DNA of 38,688 nucleotides from Methylococcales bacterium (GTDB lineage Bacteria; Pseudomonadota; Gammaproteobacteria; Methylococcales; Methylomonadaceae): NCBI GenBank assembly GCA_023134955.1, contig JAGLUC010000345.1, positions 1 to 38,688 of the forward strand, read 5' to 3'. Shown piece by piece: positions 12,001 to 24,000 of this stretch (position 1 is its first letter; each line of letters starts with the position of its first letter). The notes under the pieces were generated by a model. It saw only the letters and a program-made list of their open reading frames with translations, ran no database searches and was not told where the DNA came from. The position numbers and the translations under genes were made by a program.

Positions 12001-15000
12001 AGATGATGATAACCAAACGGATACCGCTGCAGAAATAAATGATAGAAATTTTGATGCAGCAACATTAAATGCATTAAAAACAGCACTTATTAATACCGGT
12101 GCGGAAGTAGTAGGGCAGTTACGCATTACGGTAGTAACTGAAAGTAAAGCATGGACTGTTGTTGATGAGAGGGGTTCTAGCTTTTCAATCAATTTAAATG
12201 GCTCTTCTTTTGTTGCTTCTCGTGCATCAATTAATGCCGTGGTCGGAGCCGCTGCGCTTAGTGTGGGTGTGGGTGCTTTTGGTGGTGCTGTCAGTGGCGC
12301 GGGTGCAGTTGCACTTAACGCTATTCAATCCACTATAAAAGCTTATATTGATAGCTCAGATATTGATGCTAATGGTGGTGGAGATATTCTAGTTGATGCC
12401 AGAAGTGACAGTCAGATTAATGCTCTGGTTTTGTCCGTATCACTTGCTGTTGGCGTTGGTGCTACGGGGGTTGGTGCTGCACTGGGTGTCTCAGTTGCAC
12501 GTAACTTCATCGGTTTTGATTTAGCAGGTAATTCAGTTGCTAACTCAGGTGAGACTACGGCTTATACACTTAACTCCACTATTGATGCTCAAGGTGATTT
12601 GCTTATTCAGGCAGAATCCAGTCAAGAAATTCGCGCCTTAGTGATGGCGGGTTCTGCAGCCGTAGCAGGTGGTGCTGTTGGTGTGGCCGTGTCTGGCTCT
12701 GGCGTTTATGCAGAAAATAAAATTGGTGCAAATACCGAAGCCTATATAGAAGGTGATGGTGTAGGTATTGTGGCAGATAACATTACCGTATCGGCTAAAG
12801 ATACTTCGGAAATTGATGCCATTGCGGCGGCGACCTCTATTGCTGCAGCGGTAGGTAGTGTGGGCGTGGGTGTTAGCTTAGGCCTATCGCTTGCGGATAA
12901 TGCAATTTCAAGTACAGTCAATGCCAAAATTGACAATGCAGGTGATACTGTTCACGCCAGAGCAGGAAATATTAATGTAACTGCAGATGACATGTCATCT
13001 ATTCGAGCAACATCTGCAGCAGCAACACTTTCAGTAACAGCGGGGCTTACTAGCGTTGCCGTTAGCGGGGCAGGTGCTTGGGCAAAGAACACAATAGAAA
13101 CAGCGACTAGTGCAATAATTGAAGACTCTACTATTAATGCTGATGGTGGCAGTGTAGTGGTAGTTGCGAATGGTTCGGCAAGCATTGAAGCACAAATTAT
13201 TTCAGCCGCACTTTCGTTAGGTGTTGGCGGTGTGGGTGTTGGCGTTTCAGTGGGGGCTTCCTTAGCTGAAAATACTATTGGTGGCAATGCAACCAATGGT
13301 GTATTTGCCCATGTTTTACGTTCAACGGTGACTGCTGACCAAGATGTAACGGTCAATGCCGACATGAGCTCTACTATTGATGCGACAGTTGCGGCAATAT
13401 CGGTAGCTGTGGCTGGCGGTGTTGTAGGAGCTGCGGGTGCAGGCTCAGGTGCTGATACTAATAACACTCTGGATTATGGTGTAAAAGCCACCATTGAAGA
13501 TGCTTCAGTTACGGTAGCTAATATAGTTAATGTTCTGGTTACAGATGATAGCGAAATTGATAGTTTTGTGGGCGCAGCCTCAGTGGCTGGCTCAGCAGGT
13601 CTGGTTGGTGGATCAATATCTATTGCGGTTTCACTGTCGGATAATATTGTAACAAACGAAATTGAGGCATTTATTGACAATAGTAGTGTTACAGCCAAGA
13701 CTGTTAATGTGACGGCGGATGATGATAGCGAGGTTGATGCGCATGCTGAAGCGGCTGCAGTTTCTACGAGTATATCTTTAGGCTTTAGTGTATCAGGGAG
13801 CGGAGCAGAAACTCGGATAAGCGGAAATAATACGGTCAAAAGTTACGTCACTGGAACTGGCGGTAACGATGTATTTAATCTCACCCATGATTTAAATGTT
13901 AAAGCAACTTCTACCCCCGATTACTTTGGTGATGTGGGTGTTAGTTCTGTTGCGATTGGTCTGGCTTCATTTGCTGCAAACGGTGGCGTGGTTAATGTCT
14001 CTGTTAAACCCGATATTAGTGCTTATGTAGAAAATGTGACAGTCAATGCGGATGAAATTGATGTTGATGCCATAGCCCAAATTCGAGCTAAGGGCACTGC
14101 TTGGGGTATGAGTATCTCAACAGGTCTCTCTATGGGAGTAAGCCAAGTCAATGTAACTACAGATGCCGATGTTGATGCTTATGTTGGCGGTAATACCGGT
14201 ATTTTTAACATTAGAGCGATGCAGGTCAATGCGACAGCAGCAGATAATCCTAATGTTGGTGGTATGACTGGTCAAGCTAAAGCGACTTCATCAGCTGGTG
14301 GCTTATTGCTGGGTGCAAGCTCTACCGTTGCTAATACTTATAACTATAATACGATTACGGCAAGAGTTTTGGCCGGAGCAGATGTAAATGCCAGCGGCAC
14401 AGTGACTGTTACAGCCAACAATGAAATTAAACAAGAAGCCGATGCCAACTCTGCGGCAGGTGGTTTGATAGGTGTGGGCTCTTCTTCTTCCAAAGCGACT
14501 TCAAATACAGTTACCAGAGCTGAGGTTGAATCTGGTGTTAGTCTTAATGCTAATAGACTTAATATTTCCGCATTGGGTGAGTCTGAAAATTTTGCCGATA
14601 CCACTGCGGGTTCAGGTGGCGTGGTAAGTGGGGCAGCCGCAGCACCAGAAACTAATACGACTTCCATCGTTGAGGCACTGATTGGTGCGAGTGCAGATAT
14701 TAATCTGAGCGGAGTCAATGGAAAACTGGCAATAACTGCTAGCCACATTGCGCTTCCTAATACAAAAGTAAAAACAGATAGTTATGGCTTGATTGCTGGC
14801 TCAGGAGCTGTTGCAGACAATGCTATTACCAGCGATGTTCTCATTAGAATCGGTAATAATGCGGATGTTAGTGCGCAGAATATTAATTTAAATGCAACGA
14901 ATAAACTGGATAAGCTTGATGTTTCTGGTACAAATATTGATGGTGACGCTGGGGGGCTGGCGAGTGGTGCTAGTGCCAATAGTGATACTGTTGTTGATTT

Positions 15001-18000
15001 TTCAACCATTGTTGAATTTGATGCGAACAGTACGGTAGATGTTACTGATGTTGATGGTGAGTTTATCGCCAAGGCATTTAATGAAATAAAAGCTGTTGAT
15101 CAAGTCAGTTTGTTCACTGCAGGAGCAATTTCGGGTGCGGGTGCTTTTACCTCGTTGATTACTACCCAGAATTTGGCTCAGATTCTAATCGACGATAATG
15201 CCACAGTAACGAGCAAAGGTGATATTGAGTTAGAAGCCCAAGGTGCGACCGATGTTTATTTGCAGTCTTACTCCGAAACATATGGTGCTGCGACAGTGGC
15301 ATTGGGTGATGCGATTATAGAAATCACACCTGAGAACCGAATCGATATTAATAATGGCGCCTACCTTTTAGCAGAAGGCGACCTTTTTATCAGTGCAGGA
15401 ACCGATAAAGATTTAAGAATTGCGGATCATGACTTAGAAGCACGGGTTGATAATTTCGCGGGTTCAATTATTCCCATAGATGACCTTGAAACAAGGGCGC
15501 TTTATATTGTCGACAATATTATCTACGTTCATGCTGGCGGTGCTATCGAAAGTTACCAAAATATTGATTTGAATGCTGATGAATTTGGCTTGGCTAGCGT
15601 TATTGGTGAAGCCAAAGGCACTAATTGGGCTTCAGCACTGGGTGATGCTATTGATAGTGCCTTGGGTGGAAACAATGAGACTTTTGGCCCCGGAGAAGGT
15701 CTAGCGGATGCTCATGGTCAGGTGATTAATGACGGTACTATCCGCACCGGTGCAAAACGGGTTAAGACGCTGGTTCTGGATACCATAGATGCAGTCACTG
15801 GCGAGGTATCTAGCTCGACACCAACGGATTTAACGTTCTCATCTTCTCTGCAAACGGTTGAATCATCCAAGCAGAAATCGCTTAATGATGCATTTCAAAA
15901 CTTGGCACGTTACAAAGTGATTGACCCAGCTACGGGTGATTGGGTTAACCCTGATTTGGTTGATTTTTATGAAGCCGAAATTGTTAGACTACAGCAGGAA
16001 ATGCTTGATGAGGGTCTGGCAAGAGAGCTTTCAGATGGAAGTGGTGGTACTGAAATTGTTGCCATCGCCCAAAGTGCAATCACGGTAACTATTGATCCTG
16101 CAACCGCTCAGGCGGGACGTGTTCGAGTGCTCACTGACCAGTTATCAGGAACCGGTCTTTTTGATTCGCCTAAAGATGCACTCATTTCAATCATTAATGA
16201 TACACAAGCTTTTTTGATTATTAATGGCCTTGAAATTCCAGAAGTAAATGGCGGTGTTGTCTTTAATGGAATTGATGTCACTGATTCGGTATCAAGTACC
16301 GCTGCAAATAATTTGATTTTGGTTGAAAATGCGGTGGCTGTTTCAAAAGATAACAACCATCAAGTTGCTTCTGTGCCATCAGTCAATTTAGTTACACCCT
16401 CTTTAAATTTCAGCGCAGAATCTTTGTCGGCAGCTGGTGCTTTACCAGAAATTATTATTCAGAATACTTACGATGTAAGAGATGCGGGAGCTTCATTTCC
16501 ACCCTGGCCCGATATTACTATTGATGGACCGGTATTAAATCTGCGTGGCAATCTGTCTATCTTGAATAATCCTGTATCGGGCGCTAAAGGCGATGTGGTT
16601 ATTAATGCCGAGGTTAGTGCTTTAACTCAGAATATTGTCGCAGGCGGCAGTGTTTTTATTGAACTCATTGGTGACAATACCGCCTTTAATGTTAAAGGTG
16701 CACCGTATTCAAATTGGTTGGGTGGCAATTTGACAGGTAATGGTACTCGAGATGCCGCAATTGGTGAAAATGATGTAGAGGTTTTTCCGGGTGTTACTAT
16801 TGATGGCGACCATGATATCGCTGACTTTTTAGATGTTACACCTACGACACCTTCCTTGCAGGGTGACCGGATTACTATTAAAGCTGAATACATTAATGTT
16901 AATGGCATTATCCAAAGTGGTAAGGCAGATTTTAGTTTAACGTTGGATGCGGCAGTTAAAGCACAGATTGATGATATTCGTAGTGGCACACGTACGGAGA
17001 CTACATTAGAGACGAATAATAACGACTTCTTGGTTGAATATACTGATGGTCAAGTGGTCATTAGCGAGCTTAGACCTAGCGGTGGCTTTGTTGATTTAAC
17101 GGGACATGTGATGAACACCCGCAATGGCGAAATCATTGTTTACGGTGGTTTTCCAGACATTCATATTGTCAATAATATGGTTTTTGCTGAAGGAGAAATC
17201 CCTGAAATTGTTATTAATCGTATCGATGCTTCCGAACGAGGCGATGGTACATTAATCATCAAAGACAAAGCCAAAGGTGAATCAGACGGTTTTATTGAGA
17301 AATTAGTATGGAATGAAACGACTCAAGACTTTGATGTTGTTTTGGAGGCTGCAACTGTACCGTATACTACCATCTACCAAGTACAAAATGATGGCACTGT
17401 GCAAGTGATTGAGACCGGTAAAAGTACAGTTAATTCCAGTGCGAATAGCTTTGTTTATAACCCTGAGACCGGCTATCGTCACGGCTGGTCAGTCGGACAA
17501 TCATCAATTACCGAAACGATCAGAGAATACACCTTAAGTGACTGGTTGGGTATTGATGCCTTTGTACCAGATAAACATGAGCCCGATAAAGTAGATACCA
17601 GAATATTAAGTACTGCGCTGATAGAGGACTCTGATTATTTCTTTAAAGATACTTCATTAAACAATGTTGCTTACACCTTTAACTCAGTAAGTGTTGATGG
17701 TTTTTCTCAGGAAGAACGTACGGGTTATAACGAGAGAAGCACATGGTATGGCACCAACCACTACTGGTATCAGTACACGAAACTTGAAGGTGATACGTCT
17801 ACTTTTACTCATACCATAGAAGCAGACCGCCCCATAGGGGTTAGCTTTATTGGTCATGAGCAAGGCTCGGTTTTTATTGATGGTGGTAATTCAAATATTA
17901 TTGTCAATGGCGCGATACAAAACGAAACCGGTGATACCACTATTATTACCAGTGGCACAATCACCAGTACAGCCTCTTCAGATGCGAGTGCATCGGGATC

Positions 18001-21000
18001 TGTCGGTGGACGAATTATCGACTTGACTGGTAAACAAGTCGGAACAGATTTGAGTGCGTTACGTGTCGACTTATCGGATACAGTCAGCGATCAACGGCTA
18101 GATGTTACCAGTGCCGGCGCAGTTTTTGTTAAAGAAATTGATGGTGATTTATGGGTCGGTGAAATCGTTGCTGGCGCAGGGGAAGAGGCTACCTTAACAG
18201 CGCACAATTCAATTTTACGGGCTTCTTCAGGTACATCATTAATTACCGGTGGTGAAATTAATCTAACTGCTGACAGTGGCGATATTGGTAACGCGACCTC
18301 GCTGCTTTCTATTAATACAGGAGCCAGAGAGGGCGACAACCTTTCTGCTTATGCCACGGGTGGTATTCATATTTCAGAAACTGCAGGAGACTTGCGCCTG
18401 TTTGAAATTTTAGCAGGAGGCGATGTAACCGTTGAGGTTTTGGGCGGTAATTTGCTTGATGGCAATACAACTGAGATTAACGATGACCGAGCCATTGAAG
18501 AGTTACGTAACTCTGTGTGGGCTGATTTGCAGTTGACTGATTATGCCGATGGCGTGTTGACAGGAGCGGCATCTGCCAAAATTCAGGAAACTAAAGATTC
18601 TTTATCTAATGCTAAAACAAGCGAATATAAGACTTATTGGTCATGGCGGATGGTGCAAAGTGATCACCTTGTATTCCGTGTAGGCTCAGGCGTTTATGAT
18701 GGTTTTGCATTATTACAAATGAGTACTGATGAGCTGGCGTTTTATGATGATTTCTATCGCCAGCAAGGTATTGATGATGGGTTGTCGGGTGTGGCTCTTG
18801 ATGATTTTGTTGATGCAGCAGTATTAACTCTGCTAACGACACGAACTGAGCAATACCGTACTCTGGATGCTACCTATGGTAGTGATGGTGGCAGCGATGG
18901 AGATGTGGATACTTTTGATGAAGAGTATCTGGTCGCATTGACTCAAGCAGAAATTGAAGCGATTGAGGCCTCTATTAAAATTTGGACAGAAGAAGAGCTT
19001 ATTAATGGCATTGGTATTGGTATTCTTAAACCTGTAACGGATACTGATATTGTTATTGAAGACCCTAATATAGTCGGCTCAGCCATTACCTTAAATGTTT
19101 CTGGCTCTATTGGGCGTACAGGCGGACAGGAACTCATTCCGATTACAGCAGGTGGCAATTTAACCGAAGAGCAACGAATTACTCTAGGTGCTGCAGAACG
19201 CGACGATGTTTTTTATCTAGTCACAGATCGTGAACAGGCCACCGTTAATTTTGATGCTGGAAATAATACTATTACGCGTACATCGGGAACCTGGGGTTCT
19301 GAGTTTGTAGCAGGAATGGTCATTCAGGTCGAAGGCACGACTGCTAATGCAACTGAAGAAGGGCCTTTCTATACCATTCTTAGTGTAGTGGGAGGTACGA
19401 TTACAGTCGATGGTAGCCGTACAGCTCTGACCAGCACCGAGTCTTTAGAAAGTGTGCATGTTTCTGGTATTGCACTTGATCCTCGCGGTGTTACTGTCGA
19501 TGTTACAGCCAGTGTTTCTGGTGGCAACACAATTATCCGTAGTAGTGGAGAAGATTTTTCAGGTTTGTTTGCAGGTATGAAAATATTACTTAGCGGCGAT
19601 ACGGTAAATGGTAATGATGCTGATTCATTGTATGAGATTCAATCAGTCTCAGGTAATGTGATTACGTTGCTAGGAACACCTGGATTGACCAATGAAACAA
19701 GTATTTCATTGGTTGTAGACCAATACGTAGAGTTGGTTGCTGTACAAGTACAATTACGTGAAGATCTTGATATTGTAGCCAGTGGTGTTGTTACACTCAA
19801 TGCGGGTAACGAGACATTTATTGGTACGGAATCAAATATTACTCTGAATGAAGTGAATGTTGCTGGGAACTTACGGATTAAAGCTAATGGCTCAATTCTT
19901 AATGGCTTAGATGGTAGTGCGACTAATATTATTAGTGATAATTTACTATTAGAGGCTGGTTCTGGTTCTATCGGTGCGGTTGGTTCAGATAACCGTATAT
20001 ATCTTGATCTAGGTGCTACATCCACTGTCATTGCAAGAGCTTTGGGTGATATCGTATTAACAGAGCGAACCGGTGATATGAATGTTGCGACACTGTTCTC
20101 TAAATCGGGTGATGTCGATTTGGTGTCGAATGGCTCTATTCTGGATGCCATTGCCGAAGATTTTGTAAATATAGAAGCCAATGATATTCGCTTTGAAGCT
20201 GGTGCAAGTATTGGTGCTGATGGTAACGCATTGGATATTGAAGCACGGGGTGATGGTTCTGCGCTTGGCAAAGGTCTACTGACGGCAACAGCAGTAGGCG
20301 ATATATTTATTACTGAAGCCTTTGGCGATATGAATATACGCAATATTCTTTCGACTGCGGGCGATGTTACCCTAACTTCTGCGCTTAGTATTTTTGATGC
20401 AATGGATTTGGTTGATCCTGCTAATCCTAACTTGGGGGATGACTCATTATCAGTCAGCCTGCCAAAAGCAGATGTATTGGGAGATAATATTACCTTAGTT
20501 GCACGATTGGGCTTTATTGGCATAGACGGAAATGAACTCGATATTGATAGTCGTCGAGGTGGTAACGGTTTATTAAGTTCACAAAGTGCACAAAACACCT
20601 ACATTATTGAAACAAGTGGTGATGTCTTTATTGATCAAGTAGGCACTGATGCAATGACTGCATTTATTACTGCAACTGTGGGCGGCATTTATAATGGTGC
20701 GGCACTGGGCGTGTCAAATGTAACGGGTGGTCGAGCATTCCTATCAGCTAATACCAATATAGGTACATCTGCTAAACGTCTCTTTACTCAGATTGGTACT
20801 ATTCAATCTATTTCCATAACAGGCTCAACTTTTGTTACTAATGATGGCGCATTAGATATTAATCAAATTAGGGGTGCTGTAGGGCAGATCGCTGGTGGCG
20901 ATATAAATACTATGGCTTCAAGTCCAGTGACTGTCTTAGCAGATATGATTGCAGCAGGAAATATTACAGTTGATGCCAATGAAAGTGCGGCAAATGACTA

Positions 21001-24000
21001 TGATGTTATTACCGTGAATTCAGGCGTTACCGTCGATGCAGGCGGCAGTATTTTCTTTAATGCTGGTGACCACATTGTTGTACAGAGTGGTGCGACAATT
21101 GAGGCGAATAATGATATTACATTTAATACCGATGTAGCTAATCTGGATGCTGGCGGTGGTGATATTACCATTACAGGATTAGTTGATGCCATTGCTGGCA
21201 CAGTTACCTTGGCATCAAACAGTGATAACGATAGCTTTGTAGTCGATGGTGCTATTAAGGCTGGTGATCAGGTGCTGGTAACAATGGGCAATGGTGCGGA
21301 TACTTTTATAGTTACAGGTAGCATATTGTCAAATGCGCTACTTTCAGTAAATACCGGTGCTGGGAATGATGTTTTTACAGTTATCTCGGGTGGCTTACTG
21401 CAATCTAATAGTGGCAATGTCGAAATTAATACTGAAGCCGGGGAAGATACCCTGCTCGTTGCCGAAACAGGAACGCTAGCAGGAACGAGTATTGCTATTG
21501 CCAGTGGCGATAGTAATGACCAAATTACTATCGAAGGTATGCTAGATGCTGGAACCAGCACTATATTGATTGATGCGGGAGCGGGTGAGGATGTTGTTTT
21601 ATTAGATACGCCTATTTTGATTGGTCAAACCACTGTATTCGGTGGTGCTGACGATGATTTGATTACAGTAAACAGATTACCTACACAGGGTGCAACGGAT
21701 ACCTTAATGCTAGATGGTGGTGAAGGAAATGATGATCATATTGTCAACCTGACTGACCCAGCAACAGTTGCAGGGCTAGGTACTGAATATAGAATAGATG
21801 TCTTTGATACAGGGATAGGCGACACCGATACGCTTACCGTTAATGGCACAGCATTAGCAGATAACATTCTGATGCGTGCGAGTGAAAAACAGAAAGTAGA
21901 TGGTGGAGTAGCTTTTGTTGCTGCGTTACATAACGATGATCCAACCATTGCCGTTGAGCGGATTAATTACGACAAGGGGCTCGAAGAACTAATCGTTGAA
22001 ACTGGAGATGGTGATGATAATGTTAGTCTTGATGATAACTGGGTCACTACAACGGTTCGGGGTGGTGCAGGTCAGGATAATTTTCAGATTGGACAAATTT
22101 TTAAAACAGCACGTGATGCTGCAAATGCCAATATTGCATTAGAAGATGAGTTTGAGACAGTTTTATCAACGCGTGGGCATTTGAGTAACGGTGTTAGTTT
22201 TGAGACAACAATTGAAGGCGGTGATAATGAGGATACTTTCGTGGTATTCCGAAACTCTGCCAGACTGAATTTATTTGGTGATGACGGTGATGACTTGTTT
22301 GTTATTCGCTCATTTGCAGAAGAAGGTTCTAGTGATAGCGACATTGACCTTGGAGAAGGTGCAGATACCGTTGAATATGTTTCTAATGCGGCTGTAAATG
22401 TTATCGGTGGAAATGGTAATGATACTTTGCAGTTTATCGGTACTGAGTTTGGTGATGACTTTCTGATTACCAACAATAGTATCAGAGGTGCTGGGCGAAC
22501 TATTACTTACCAAGAAATAGAGAATCTTGAGATTGATGGTGCAGAAGGCGATGATAATTTCTTTGTTTTCTCAACCAATGAAAACGTTATAACCAAATTG
22601 TTTGGCGGCCTTGGTAATGACAGCTTCAGTATCGGAGGTGACAGTGGATCAGTTGTTGTCGCTGATAATGCGATAGAGGCGGAACAAGAAGGCCCACATA
22701 ATGTCGCGGGAATATTGGGTGCTTTAGAAATTTATGGTTTTTCTGGTAATGGTACAGCTGGTGGCTTAGGCGACCCAGTGATGCTACCTGGCGAAACTAA
22801 TGTTCTACCATCAGATGGTACAGTGCTTGGCTACCAAGTGGGTGATAACACTGACGATACCATGACTGTTTTAACAAGTGCATTGCAAACGGTAATTAGC
22901 AATGATGAGGACCTAGATGATTTACAAAGTTTAATAGGGCAAACGCTGGAAATCAGTAGTGGTGCTGGAATATCCCGTTTCTGGGCGATTACAGCAGTTG
23001 TTGATAATAATGGCACTAATACAACACTGAGTTTGCAAAATCCAACACTACCCGCAGAAGAGTGGGAAGACCCTACCATAGGTAGTGAATATGCCATTAC
23101 CCATTTATCAGCAAATTTCTTTGTTGATGAATCCTTGGCTTTAGATAAAGTGACTGTTTTTAATGATGGCAGCAGCTTGAATTCGAGTGGACTACTGACA
23201 GCAAATACACTCACTGGACTTGATATGGTCGCTGTGGGCATTAGCTATGGTGATTTTGAAGCCTTTGAGTTGCTATTAGGCACAGGCAATGATGATTTTA
23301 CGGTGGATTCTACTGCAGATGGTGTGATTACGGCGATACATGGTGGTGCGGGTGATGATCTGATTACCATTAATAGTCGAGGTGGTTTAGATAGTCGTGG
23401 ACTGGATGGTTCATTGGTCGTTTTTGGCGATACCACTCAAGATGGTAGCCGATATATAGACAGTAACACTGTGCTTTTACCTGGTTTTGCATACGGTTTT
23501 GATACGGTGGGAAACGACACTATTGATGCTTCATCTGCTGTCAAAATGGTTTCAATCTATGGCGGCGGCGGTAACGATATTATTATCGGTAGTCAGGCTG
23601 GAGATCATCTTGCAGGTGGTTCTGGTGATGATGTAATTACTGGCTTGGATGGTTTAGATCATATCTATGGTGATTCAGGTATTAATCTTGAGCTTGATAC
23701 GCGAGTACTCACGATAGTGACAGTGGACACGAGTTCGGAAGATGCCAGAGATGTATTATTAGCAGGTAGCGACATAATAGATGCTGGCGAGGGTGATGAT
23801 ATTATTTTTGGTGACCATGGGATTATCGACCAAACTGTGAATACAGTTAGAATCCTTAGCACATCAAATATAGAGCGGATTAGCACCACTGAAGAGACAG
23901 TTGGTTTAGATGATATTATTATCGGTGGTTTGGGTAATGATCGGATTCTAGCGGGTAATGCCGAAGATCAAGTTACTGATTTAATGGATAATAATATTAT

